This document shows, in pieces, positions 7,412-15,875 of a DNA stretch of 48,965 nucleotides (positions are counted from its first letter, which is position 1; each line of letters begins with the position of its first letter). The stretch lies in IMG/VR virus record IMGVR_UViG_3300042922_000279, positions 1 through 48,965 of that record, one strand, 5' to 3'. Under the pieces are notes generated by a model. It was not told the DNA's origin. It saw only the letters and a program-made list of their open reading frames with translations, and ran no database searches. Source of the DNA: a virus. Taxonomy: Duplodnaviria > Caudoviricetes. A program made the translations under genes and the position numbers.

Positions 7412-8725
7412 TCATTGATGTTCACTAATATCAACCTCCCAGCTCTCTCCTGTGCTGGTATCTATTACTCTGATTATGTTTATACCTCTGCTGCCATCCA
7501 GGTGTACTTCTACTTCACCGGCATCTTCGTTATAGATGACTTTGATTTCATGATCCACCTTAATATCTTCTGTATGTACGATATCCGCTTCACATATCTC
7601 AATATCAGCTTCAGGCTCATTGATAATTTGCTCTGTATCCTGACTGTCCTCCTGATCCTGCTGCCATGAGTTATCCTCTTGAACTTCTTCCGATCGTTCT
7701 GGATCTAACTCTGGATAATCATCGATAGCAAGTTGTCCAGGAAGAATACTATCTGCATTCACCGGCTCTGGCCTTCTACTGTCCTCTCTAGGAGCTGGCT
7801 TCGTTTCCTTTTTAACTTCCGGTTTCATGGGTGTTGGTTTTACCTCAGGCTTTGATACCTGCTTTGGTTTCTCTGGCTCCGGTATCGGATCCGGTTCCGG
7901 TTCTCCATAGAATGCTACCCATGGATCCGGCAGTGAAAGGTCAAATACCTGTATCATGTCTGAAAAGAAATCGTAATATGTATAATTTACTGTTGGTTTC
8001 CCAAAGCTGTTATATTTGATATGGTCCTCTTCAAACATCAGTATTACCGGTATCTGCTTGAACATGAGATGTCCTGATGGGTTAATCAACTCTGCTGCCT
8101 GATCCGAAAATAATTTGAAAGTAGAAGTGATTGAATACATATTAGCTATCTCTTTCATAATTTCCCTGTTTGCCTTTGGACGAAAAAAGCCAATCATGAA
8201 TTTTTGAGCATCTGGAATTACGTATTTTTTTTGATCTGATAAACTGTTCTCCGATTGAGTATTTTCATGGCTTTCCTCGGTTTTATGCGCATGCGCATAA
8301 ACTTCATTTTCAGCCTCTGCTACTTCGGTAACTACCTTCTTAATTTCACGAATTTCTACCCTTGTTGTCTTATCTGATACCAACTTCAACTGCTCATCTG
8401 TTAGTGAAAGCATCTCAGACAGCTTACTCCATCCATATCCAGCATATTGAGGAAGGAGAAGGATACCATTCCCGTCTACTGAATATTTATCGTTGATGTT
8501 CATAAACCTTGATGCACTTGGCTGACTGAGACTAAACTCCTGCTCTGCAAACTCCCAGATATCCTCATATCCATCTTCCTTATACATTTCCTTATCCCGT
8601 ACCTGTTTTAATTGGTACCCGATACTTACAAAACTCTCTGCTACGCTGCTGAGCTTTCCCCGGATAATCCCTTTGATTACCTCGTAGCTATATTCCTGTA
8701 TTAATTCGTCATTAACCATAACCAT
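7412..8725 (-). CDS. DUF3102-like protein with Pro/Glu-rich linker
   Basis: SFVSIGYQLKQVRD..Y..DGY..IWEFAEQEFSLSQPSASRFMNI; PGQLAIDDYPE motif. Confidence 0.7.
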   Translation of the reverse strand: MVMVNDELIQEYSYEVIKGIIRGKLSSVAESFVSIGYQLKQVRDKEMYKEDGYEDIWEFAEQEFSLSQPSASRFMNINDKYSVDGNGILLLPQYAGYGWSKLSEMLSLTDEQLKLVSDKTTRVEIREIKKVVTEVAEAENEVYAHAHKTEESHENTQSENSLSDQKKYVIPDAQKFMIGFFRPKANREIMKEIANMYSITSTFKLFSDQAAELINPSGHLMFKQIPVILMFEEDHIKYNSFGKPTVNYTYYDFFSDMIQVFDLSLPDPWVAFYGEPEPDPIPEPEKPKQVSKPEVKPTPMKPEVKKETKPAPREDSRRPEPVNADSILPGQLAIDDYPELDPERSEEVQEDNSWQQDQEDSQDTEQIINEPEADIEICEADIVHTEDIKVDHEIKVIYNEDAGEVEVHLDGSRGINIIRVIDTSTGESWEVDISEHQ

Positions 8726-8730
8726 GCCTC

Positions 8731-9051
8731 CTAATATAGTTTTCCGCCCATTAACTTGCGGATGATGTCTTCTCTTTGATAGGTTCCTGCAAAGTTCTTC
8801 ACCTTCCTGAAGTGCTTTTCTATGTATTTTTCCGATTTACGCAGGATGGCTGCTATCTCTCCAATTGAGTATTCTTCATCATAAAACCTTTCACTGTAAT
8901 ACTTCTGTAGATCCGTCTTAAGACACAAATCCGCCTCCTTGCTCTGGTGTGGCCCTTTATCACCTTCGTGTTGATTAAAGGTAAGATCAATTAAGTTATC
9001 CTCAGTATCTAGACCGCCTTGTGACCGGAAGACAATATGATGTTTGTGCAT
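8731..9051 (-). CDS. HNH-like endonuclease
   Basis: HHIVFRSQGG...NLIDL...QH...PH. Confidence 0.7.
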   Translation of the reverse strand: MHKHHIVFRSQGGLDTEDNLIDLTFNQHEGDKGPHQSKEADLCLKTDLQKYYSERFYDEEYSIGEIAAILRKSEKYIEKHFRKVKNFAGTYQREDIIRKLMGGKLY

Positions 9052-11055
9052 TTATCCTGCCATCCTTTCTTCCACTTGATTAATCATCTTTAATTTGAAT
9101 TTATCCACGAAAGCCTGAACCTCCGGTGTAGTTGAACAATTGTTTTTACCTCTAATCTGGATTATTTGATTATTTCTAACCTCCATCGTGTAATACGGAA
9201 CATCAATCTCCTCATTCTTTCGAATAAATAAAATTGCTGTTTCCTGACACAGCACCCGATCAACATAACCACCAACGCAATGATGAAGAGTTTGTCCCTC
9301 TTTCTTTATCTCTTCGCATGTCCAAGGGATCCTGATGCTGAAATGCTTATCTTTCATAGAAAATTGTTTTACAAGTATTTCAGCCACTTTTTCCATCTCA
9401 ATATTTCGCTCTTCTTCTTTCATCTTATCAATGCGGTCCTTCTTCTGCTGCCATTCCGCTACTGCTAAATCATGAGCCTCTATTAATTTCTTCGGAAAGA
9501 GGATAAATCCATTTTTCATTTCGTAACCTAGTTTTCTACATGCGTCCAGGTAATCATAGTAATCTGTACTAAGTCGGTTCACATTGATACACTTTGATTG
9601 TTCCTTCAAATACCTGATTATTTTGTGAGCAGTGGAGTATTTCATAAAGTTGATTAAGTCGTTTCGCCCCATATTAGTAGCAAACCACCTGAGCTGTTCT
9701 TTATTCATTCTTACTTCTGCTTCATTGGCTTTTTGCAAAACTCTCAATTCGGTTAAGTTTGCATTCATCTCACATAGCATCTTAACTTGTTCTTTTGATA
9801 CCTTAAGTACATCGTGTATTCTTTTCCCATACTCATTAACTTCAGAATGTCCGTAGTCGGATCTAATCAATCCTTTGGTCAATTGAAATAACTTTAACTT
9901 CACCAAATACTCTATGTATTTATGCTTGCGATAACTCTTTAGATATTCTGCCGGATAAAACTGATCCCCTTTCAATCCCTTTGTGAATAAATCAATACAG
10001 GAATATTGAAACTCCGTTCCGTCAAATACCTTTTTTAAATTGCCATCATATAAAGTCGATTGATACTCTGATCTGTTATTGTTCCACCCTCTGCTTTCCC
10101 AGAAGCACCACCGATAGATTCCCGTATTCTTAAATTCTGCATACTCATACTCTCCAACAACATTGAAATTATTGTTATAGAAAATTCGTATTGCCTCCAC
10201 AATATTTTGAGACGGTTTATAGATATCATCAAAAAATCTAGATATTTCAAAATACCTCATTACAAAACCTTCTTTGGTCTTCTGAAATATTGTTGCATAT
10301 CCATAATCTCGAACCTTTGCTGCTTTCTTAATTGCTTTGTAGGTTATTCTACTTTTGCAGCTTTTACATGTTCCTTGACCATTATGATGAGGTTTGGATA
10401 CCGGTACCATCTTCTTGCAGTAAGTACAATAACCCTCTTTTACATTTTTTGAATAGTTGTAATATATATATCTACTTTTGATCATCGCTATTTCATCTAT
10501 CCATCTGTAAAAATCCTTTGGTAACTCCGGAACTAATTCCATCGCAGCATCAATGCGATCTGTGATTTTTCTATGCTGTCTGTGTAAATTTTCAGCCAAA
10601 ACATTTGATTGAAACGAGAATATGGATTCATATGGAGTCTTTTTATCGTTATCCAAATATTCGACTATAACCTTTTCTGTCTCTTTGCTATAATATCTTC
10701 CAATCGTATAGCAATAATAACTTTCTCCACATTCAAGATAGTCGATCTTGCACTTTTTCCACTTTTTTTCATCACAATCATATGTAAGATGTTTATTTTC
10801 CGTCTTTGAAATAAAAATCAAGTAGGCCGGTGTCTTTAATCCTCTAACTACTTCTTTTCTCCTAAACAATGCTATTTTCAAAATCTGCTGATCTCCAATT
10901 TCAAATACTTTTACTCTGAAGAACCAATAGTAGTTATATACACTGTTTGTTCTACCATAAAAATTATGTTTCGTTGGCTTATCTGCTTTTGCGATGTCAA
11001 CGATATCTTTCGTTACTTCTATCTTACCCAAATTGAGCAAATCCGCTTTTTTCAT
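9052..11055 (-). CDS. PcfJ-domain protein
   Basis: DYYDYL...FPKKLIEAHD...EGQTLHHCVGGY...ILFIRK...PYYTMEV; central CxxC pairs. Confidence 0.9.
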   Translation of the reverse strand: MKKADLLNLGKIEVTKDIVDIAKADKPTKHNFYGRTNSVYNYYWFFRVKVFEIGDQQILKIALFRRKEVVRGLKTPAYLIFISKTENKHLTYDCDEKKWKKCKIDYLECGESYYCYTIGRYYSKETEKVIVEYLDNDKKTPYESIFSFQSNVLAENLHRQHRKITDRIDAAMELVPELPKDFYRWIDEIAMIKSRYIYYNYSKNVKEGYCTYCKKMVPVSKPHHNGQGTCKSCKSRITYKAIKKAAKVRDYGYATIFQKTKEGFVMRYFEISRFFDDIYKPSQNIVEAIRIFYNNNFNVVGEYEYAEFKNTGIYRWCFWESRGWNNNRSEYQSTLYDGNLKKVFDGTEFQYSCIDLFTKGLKGDQFYPAEYLKSYRKHKYIEYLVKLKLFQLTKGLIRSDYGHSEVNEYGKRIHDVLKVSKEQVKMLCEMNANLTELRVLQKANEAEVRMNKEQLRWFATNMGRNDLINFMKYSTAHKIIRYLKEQSKCINVNRLSTDYYDYLDACRKLGYEMKNGFILFPKKLIEAHDLAVAEWQQKKDRIDKMKEEERNIEMEKVAEILVKQFSMKDKHFSIRIPWTCEEIKKEGQTLHHCVGGYVDRVLCQETAILFIRKNEEIDVPYYTMEVRNNQIIQIRGKNNCSTTPEVQAFVDKFKLKMINQVEERMAG

Positions 11056-11060
11056 GGCGC

Positions 11061-11504
11061 TTATCCTTTCGTGTAGTAATCATTTTCCATTGCATACACA
11101 ACTCGGTCCCTCAAGCTACCATTTTTGCTACTAAGCTGTTTTGTAATTTCCTTTTTACAGTACTCAAAGCAACCTTTAAGGCTCTTTCCCTTCTTACGAA
11201 CGATACCCGCGAACACCGGATCAGAACTGGCCGTGAGAAGATAGTTAATCATGTCATCTTTCATTCCGCCGAAAAATGAATCTGTAATACTTTCTCGTTC
11301 CAGTTCAACCTTGCCAACTGCTGCCATAAGTGGATCGGTTAACACCGGTATATCTCCATCGATGTATGCTTGAGCAAAATCTTTATCTAGTCCGTTCTCC
11401 TTGGCCAAGACTAAAATGTTTTTTGTGTCTCCCTCGGCCAGAAGTCCTGCTGCCGCCTGATTGATTTCTTCAGCGGAATCAAATTCTCCAAATACTTCAA
11501 ACAT
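11061..11504 (-). CDS. PcfK-like (AcrIIA9-family-like C-terminus) protein
   Basis: Start MFEVFGEF (RBS AAGGAGG); C-terminal KSLKGCFEYCKK...VYAMENDYY; adjacent to pcfJ. Confidence 0.6.
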   Translation of the reverse strand: MFEVFGEFDSAEEINQAAAGLLAEGDTKNILVLAKENGLDKDFAQAYIDGDIPVLTDPLMAAVGKVELERESITDSFFGGMKDDMINYLLTASSDPVFAGIVRKKGKSLKGCFEYCKKEITKQLSSKNGSLRDRVVYAMENDYYTKG

Positions 11505-11955
11505 TGTTTTCATCCTCCTTATATTCAATTTTTACCTTCTTTGCCATCGATATCATACATAGTGTATATTGGTTGGCCTTAGCAAATTCAAAGGTTACAT
11601 GATACTTGTCCATCAGTTCAAATACTTGCTTCCAGAGGTCCATGTTCTTAGCTGGCTTCCCCTTCGCGTTCTTACCGGTATTCAACCACTTGAAACATTC
11701 TTTTGTATTTACTGCCTGAGTTACATACTCTGAATTAATGATTATTTTAATATCGCAAGGAAGGATAATTTGCTCTAATGCTGCTATACATGCTGCCACT
11801 GCTGTGCGGTTCGCCGTTGTTCTTTTGATACCACCGTGAACTCGCTTTGTCACAAGTCCTTTGTCAGCGATATACTCCAATAGCAGATTATATGTACCGG
11901 TACCATACTTCAGGTGTCCGGTATGATACACATCTATGTAGATCGTTACTTTCAC
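11497..11955 (-). CDS. RNase HI-fold protein, probably catalytically degenerate
   Basis: IYID...TTANR...AALE...SEYV...KNMDLWKQ; several catalytic acidic residues are replaced. Confidence 0.8.
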   Translation of the reverse strand: MKVTIYIDVYHTGHLKYGTGTYNLLLEYIADKGLVTKRVHGGIKRTTANRTAVAACIAALEQIILPCDIKIIINSEYVTQAVNTKECFKWLNTGKNAKGKPAKNMDLWKQVFELMDKYHVTFEFAKANQYTLCMISMAKKVKIEYKEDENNV

Positions 11956-11958
11956 CTT

Positions 11959-12774
11959 TTATTCTCCTTCCCAAGCCTTCCATTCTGGGCTGCTCCTACT
12001 TTGAATTTCATTAATTCGGCATTCGGTGTACTGGAAATACGACATTCCTGTATACTCATTTACTCCAAACCGGATTGAGTTTTGATCAATATAATAACCT
12101 GGTGTGGGCTTAGGTCCATTCACAATCATTCTTTGCATTGTCCAGCGTCTGTAAGTCTTTCTCTCAGGTTCCGGCCGAATGAGATTACGGGAAGAGGAAT
12201 ACTTGATCAGCTCTTTTCGATCTTCCTCATCAAAGATACTCAACTGTTTTTGCTGCTCCTCATTTGGCTTCTTCACTATGTAATTTGCCAACTTCTGATA
12301 TCCACCATACTCATACAGTGATTGATAATTCACCCGTCCATGCTTCCACTTCTTTTGGATCAAAATATCCGTGTTTTTGATATTTTGTGATCTATTTAAT
12401 AAAATGTGAATATGGATGCCTCCACGATCACCAATTTCTAATCGGTAAATGAATTTGAGCACTTCCCCTTGCTTTTTATACTCTTTTCTCATATCATCTA
12501 AAAAGCCTCTGAGATCTTTCTTCACTTCTTCTAAAGGCTTTCTGGTTCCCTTAGGATATTTCAACGTATTCCACAGATCATCTGGTGCAAAGTTTGCCTT
12601 GATCAGTCTTCTCATGTTCTTTTCCCGATTGAACTGGTTCTGCTTCTGTATCTGCTCTGCTGTTGCTTTCTTCTTTGGTAATCTCTTTTCTCCCTTTGCT
12701 CCATATTTACCTGCGAATTTGTATTCGTACTCTATGGAGTTTGGAAAGAGCCATGTATCTTTCCAATATGGCAT
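11959..12774 (-). CDS. HUH-family rolling-circle replication initiator
   Basis: Motif I NTLKY, motif II HIHILL, motif III LANYIVK. Confidence 0.75.
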   Translation of the reverse strand: MPYWKDTWLFPNSIEYEYKFAGKYGAKGEKRLPKKKATAEQIQKQNQFNREKNMRRLIKANFAPDDLWNTLKYPKGTRKPLEEVKKDLRGFLDDMRKEYKKQGEVLKFIYRLEIGDRGGIHIHILLNRSQNIKNTDILIQKKWKHGRVNYQSLYEYGGYQKLANYIVKKPNEEQQKQLSIFDEEDRKELIKYSSSRNLIRPEPERKTYRRWTMQRMIVNGPKPTPGYYIDQNSIRFGVNEYTGMSYFQYTECRINEIQSRSSPEWKAWEGE

Positions 12775-12839
12775 ATCAGATTCTCCTAACTTTAATATAC
12801 TAAGAGTGTTATATAAAGGAGTCGTGACCCCTTGTTTTA

Positions 12840-12942
12840 TTGACTTTAAATCACCGATATGCTATAATCTAATTGAATATTTTAGTTGGCATCTCGGCTG
12901 ACTGTTGCCCGCCTTCTCGCCTAAGAAGACGGGCTTATTTTT
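12840..12942 (+). ncRNA. Antisense RNA unit upstream of rep (promoter, about 65-nt RNA, terminator)
   Basis: TTGACT-17-(TG)TATAAT at 12840-12868; no RBS or ORF; hairpin GCCCG..CGGGC plus T-tract at 12907-12942. Confidence 0.6.
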
Positions 12943-13112
12943 ATTGTAGAATTGGTATATACTGCTTTATCTGATTTACAAGCCGGGCATATCCAACCAT
13001 ATGTAAGACTCCAATTGTCATGTCCACACTCTGGACATCTTACCAGCCAAAACGCATCCGTTATTCTGGTAATACCATCACTGTAATACTTTACTTTGTT
13101 CACTGCATTCAC
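12921..13112 (-). CDS. Zinc-ribbon protein
   Basis: CPECG...CPAC; likely GTG start after AGGAG. Confidence 0.65.
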   Translation of the reverse strand: MNAVNKVKYYSDGITRITDAFWLVRCPECGHDNWSLTYGWICPACKSDKAVYTNSTIKISPSS

Positions 13113-13536
13113 GGTCCACACTCCTATCAATAGATCCCGCCATCTCAGCAATACACTCTTCGCACACATGAACTCCATTTCTCACGATCAGCTTGTCCTC
13201 ATTGTCCGATTCGCAAAATACACATTGCAGCATTTCTTTTTTGATGCAGATATCATCATCTACTATGTATATGTCTACGAGCTCCCTGTCTGCGAAGTGC
13301 AGCGATCTGCGATACTCCTTAGGTATGGTTACTCTACCCAGACCATCAATAGGTCTCTTGATACCAACAAAATCTGCTTGTCCTAACCTTAAGCAAATGA
13401 CTTGTCCTTCTAAACGCATGTCCACTTTTAATCCCGGTACAAGTCTTCCTGTTAGCCTATATTCACTTGGTAATGTAATCCTTCCTAAATCATCGATACG
13501 TCTAATAATTCCTCTTGGCATAACGTATTCCCCCAT
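13078..13536 (-). CDS. Tandem AbrB/SpoVT-type DNA-binding protein with C-terminal Zn finger
   Basis: Two copies of GIxRxIDxLGRxTxPxEYR, then CVFC...VCEEC. Confidence 0.9.
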   Translation of the reverse strand: MGEYVMPRGIIRRIDDLGRITLPSEYRLTGRLVPGLKVDMRLEGQVICLRLGQADFVGIKRPIDGLGRVTIPKEYRRSLHFADRELVDIYIVDDDICIKKEMLQCVFCESDNEDKLIVRNGVHVCEECIAEMAGSIDRSVDRECSEQSKVLQ

Positions 13537-13565
13537 TCTTTCTTAATTTCTTACAATTTTTACAC

Positions 13566-13835
13566 TCATATTGCTTTGTCTCTTTCTTCGTAATCCAATA
13601 CTTCCGACATGTCATGCATCTTACTAGCACACTTAATCCTCCCACCAAGAACATTAATCCACCAAGCATCTGCTCCCAATACTAATAGGCATATAGCAGC
13701 TCTCTTTAATGCTTGTCCTATTGTTATGGTGTCGCACTCCAAGGCGCCAAGAATTCCAAACAATAAAATAAAAAATACTGAAAATGTAAAGAAAGATATT
13801 AAAACTTTGATTTTATACTTTGTTCTCTTCTTCAA
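13566..13835 (-). CDS. Membrane protein (2 TM)
   Basis: Two hydrophobic segments; RBS GAAAGGAGG, TTG start. Confidence 0.7.
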   Translation of the reverse strand: MKKRTKYKIKVLISFFTFSVFFILLFGILGALECDTITIGQALKRAAICLLVLGADAWWINVLGGRIKCASKMHDMSEVLDYEERDKAI

Positions 13836-13854
13836 AGGTTGTCCTCCTTTCTCC

Positions 13855-13883
13855 TTGATTGTTTTCCATTATTCTCCTATAAT
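13855..13883 (+). promoter_or_regulatory. SigA promoter for a counter-oriented moron
   Basis: TTGATT-17-TATAAT, leader hairpin CGGTA-ctggca-TACCG, RBS GAAAGGAG. Confidence 0.75.
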
Positions 13884-13930
13884 AAAATCACGGTACTGGC
13901 ATACCGAATTTTTACGAAAGGAGAAATATT

Positions 13931-14095
13931 ATGTCTGACGCAAAATCATTAGCTCTAAAATATGCGACCGAAATAGTTGTTGCAAAAGTCTCAAGTACTG
14001 CAGAATCTACATACAAGGAAACTGGTGAACACACTGCTAACTTTTTTGAGGCTGTTTACAACAAAATCTACGAAATAGCAAATAATCAGGATTAA
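13931..14095 (+). CDS. 54-aa moron protein (not in ORF track)
   Basis: MSDAKSLALKYATEIVVAKVSSTAESTYKETGEHTANFFEAVYNKIYEIANNQD; own promoter and strong RBS. Confidence 0.8.
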   Translation: MSDAKSLALKYATEIVVAKVSSTAESTYKETGEHTANFFEAVYNKIYEIANNQD

Positions 14096-14280
14096 TTCGA
14101 TATTTTTATTCTTGCTATTTCCACCAATGTCTTAGAGGCTTCCGTCATTGCATTTAATTCTGATACGGAAGTCTCTCTTTTATTTTTAGTAGCTGTCTCT
14201 TTTACAAAGTTCATAAGTGTTTCCGATAATTGTTCTAATATTTCTTCTCTACTCATTTTATTTTTCTCCTTTCCAGCCAT
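14092..14280 (-). CDS. Hypothetical protein
   Basis: 62 aa; stop codon overlaps that of the convergent moron. Confidence 0.6.
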   Translation of the reverse strand: MAGKEKNKMSREEILEQLSETLMNFVKETATKNKRETSVSELNAMTEASKTLVEIARIKISN

Positions 14281-14333
14281 GCTATCCTATTGTTAAAGCC
14301 TTAGCTTGTCCTAACATTTATTAATAAAAAGAA

Positions 14334-14605
14334 ACCCGATCGCCGCTTTTATATGGATAAAGCAATAAATCCTGCATAACTCTGCTGCTATCTCCTCTTT
14401 TCCGGCCAATGCCTAAATGAATTGTTGATAAGTTGCAATCGATAGCAGTAATCTGCAAATCCTCCGATTTTTAAGATTTCCACACTAGAAATCAGTAAAG
14501 CTTGCTAGAAAGTATTCAGATCGGGTAATCTGGCACCCATCTGCATTTTATACGGGATGTGGACCGGCATTGGCTGCATTAGTGCCGCCTCTCGGCGGTA
14601 AGTTT
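14334..14605. ncRNA. Putative structured RNA in the early operon
   Basis: Gap without a long ORF; nested stems 14334-41/14519-26 and 14385-92/14441-48; hairpins 14565-87 and 14585-98; 9-bp cross-pairing 14405-13/14566-74. Confidence 0.45.
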
Positions 14606-14658
14606 TAAATAATTCAATATGTTATCCTTCTTTCTTGGCTTGTCCATCCGGTAACCGC

Positions 14659-14850
14659 CTACTCAGCGGCTTCTTCTTTTAGTTTCTCAAGTTCCTTAAA
14701 TCGCTTGGCATTATGCTGTGCATTGAGCTGACGAAGCATCATATCCGATACCCTTTGTAGGATTTTTTCTGACTCATCTCTACTCCGTATAGCATTATCC
14801 CGGAACTTTACCGTTGCTCCATCAATATTAAGTTCGAGTACTACTGCCAT
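14659..14850 (-). CDS. Small hypothetical protein behind a sigK-type promoter
   Basis: MAVVLELNIDGATVKFRDNAIR; RBS GAGGTG. Confidence 0.75.
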   Translation of the reverse strand: MAVVLELNIDGATVKFRDNAIRSRDESEKILQRVSDMMLRQLNAQHNAKRFKELEKLKEEAAE

Positions 14851-14876
14851 ACGATCACCTCACAATTCCTTTGATA

Positions 14877-14905
14877 TAAGTTATGCAACTCTGGTTGTAC
14901 TGGTT
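14877..14905 (-). promoter_or_regulatory. SigK-like (mother-cell) promoter
   Basis: AACC-N16-CATAACTTA matches mACm-16-CATAnnnTA. Confidence 0.55.
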
Positions 14906-14980
14906 TCTTTATTCAAATGATAAGATCTGGAATATGCTGCATAGTTAGTATGCCAGATACCCTCTCAAGTTAACGAAAAT

Positions 14981-15163
14981 TTAGTTATTATGAAAAGTCC
15001 ATTTCAACAATTTTGATACTTCAGCCGTCTGAATTACTTCCGCTGGATTAACTTCGGTAATATGATCAAAATATCCTGCCAAAATTGCAGCTCTGTGATC
15101 TCTGTATTTAACCGATGCCTCACTTAACGAAATTCTGCCAATTATGTGATCTGCTGTTAACAT
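14981..15163 (-). CDS. Hypothetical protein
   Basis: 60 aa, RBS AAGGAG. Confidence 0.65.
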   Translation of the reverse strand: MLTADHIIGRISLSEASVKYRDHRAAILAGYFDHITEVNPAEVIQTAEVSKLLKWTFHNN

Positions 15164-15178
15164 TGATGTCTCTCCTTT

Positions 15179-15325
15179 TTATGCCGTCATTTTCTTATCT
15201 GCATTCGATGTCTTAATTTCCACTACCGCTTGGATATAACCTTCAACATATCTTTTTTCGCTCTCAGAAATTTTTGTAAACTTTTCCATCATCAGCTCTA
15301 ATCTTTTTTTATCAGTATCGTTCAT
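15179..15325 (-). CDS. 48-aa first gene of the lytic operon (cro position, no HTH)
   Basis: True start MNDTDKKR at 15325 with RBS GAAAGGAG; helical-hairpin pattern. Confidence 0.75.
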   Translation of the reverse strand: MNDTDKKRLELMMEKFTKISESEKRYVEGYIQAVVEIKTSNADKKMTA

Positions 15326-15359
15326 ATGGCATCTCCTTTCATTTATTAATGTGTAGTTT

Positions 15360-15451
15360 GTTCTGTATGTGAATATAATATTCCACAAACAGAACTTTGT
15401 CAATAGTATTTTAACATTTTTGTTTACAAACAGAACTTTGAGTGATATTAT
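15360..15451. promoter_or_regulatory. Genetic switch: divergent promoters and operators
   Basis: Leftward TTGACA(15403-15398)-17-TATTAT; rightward TTTACA(15423-28)-17-(TG)TATTAT; identical 15-mer ACAAACAGAACTTTG at 15385-99 and 15426-40 covers both spacers; inverted partial copy at 15360-70. Confidence 0.85.
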
Positions 15452-15473
15452 CAAATTGAAGGGGGTGAGAGCT

Positions 15474-15857
15474 ATGAACGAAATCAATTTAAGAGTGAAA
15501 GAACTGCGAGATGCGCTCGAATTAAATCAAGAACAATTTGGAAATGCAATCGGTCTTTCAAAATCTGGAATATCAAGTATCGAAAGTGGTTCTAGAAATG
15601 TAACTGATAAGCATATTAAGTTATTAGTTATGTCATTCAATGTTAATGAAGTATGGTTAAGGTATGGTACCGGGGAATTATTTGATAAACTTTCTAGAGA
15701 TGAAGAATTAGCAATTAATATTGGAAAGATAATGGCCAATGAAAGTGAGTTTGCCAAAAATGCCTTTTTAGCTTTGTCTAGACTAACTCCAACTGAATGG
15801 GATTTAATAGAGGATTTGATAGATAATATTTTTATAAAAAAAACGAGTAGTCAATAA
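15474..15857 (+). CDS. cI: CI-like XRE HTH repressor, 127 aa, no S24 autocleavage domain
   Basis: RVKELRDALELNQEQFGNAIGLSKSGISSIESG...VNEVWLRYGTGE; true start at 15474 (RBS AGGGGGTG). Confidence 0.9.
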   Translation: MNEINLRVKELRDALELNQEQFGNAIGLSKSGISSIESGSRNVTDKHIKLLVMSFNVNEVWLRYGTGELFDKLSRDEELAINIGKIMANESEFAKNAFLALSRLTPTEWDLIEDLIDNIFIKKTSSQ

Positions 15858-15872
15858 AACTACTCGTTTTTT
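15838..15872. terminator. Bidirectional terminator
   Basis: AAAAAACGAGTAGT-caataaa-ACTACTCGTTTTTT between convergent genes. Confidence 0.85.
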
Positions 15873-15875
15873 CTT

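Noticed and set aside
15326-15487. Long overlapping starts for cI and the cro-position ORF
   Set aside because: The region holds promoters and operators; RBS-supported starts are 15474 and 15325
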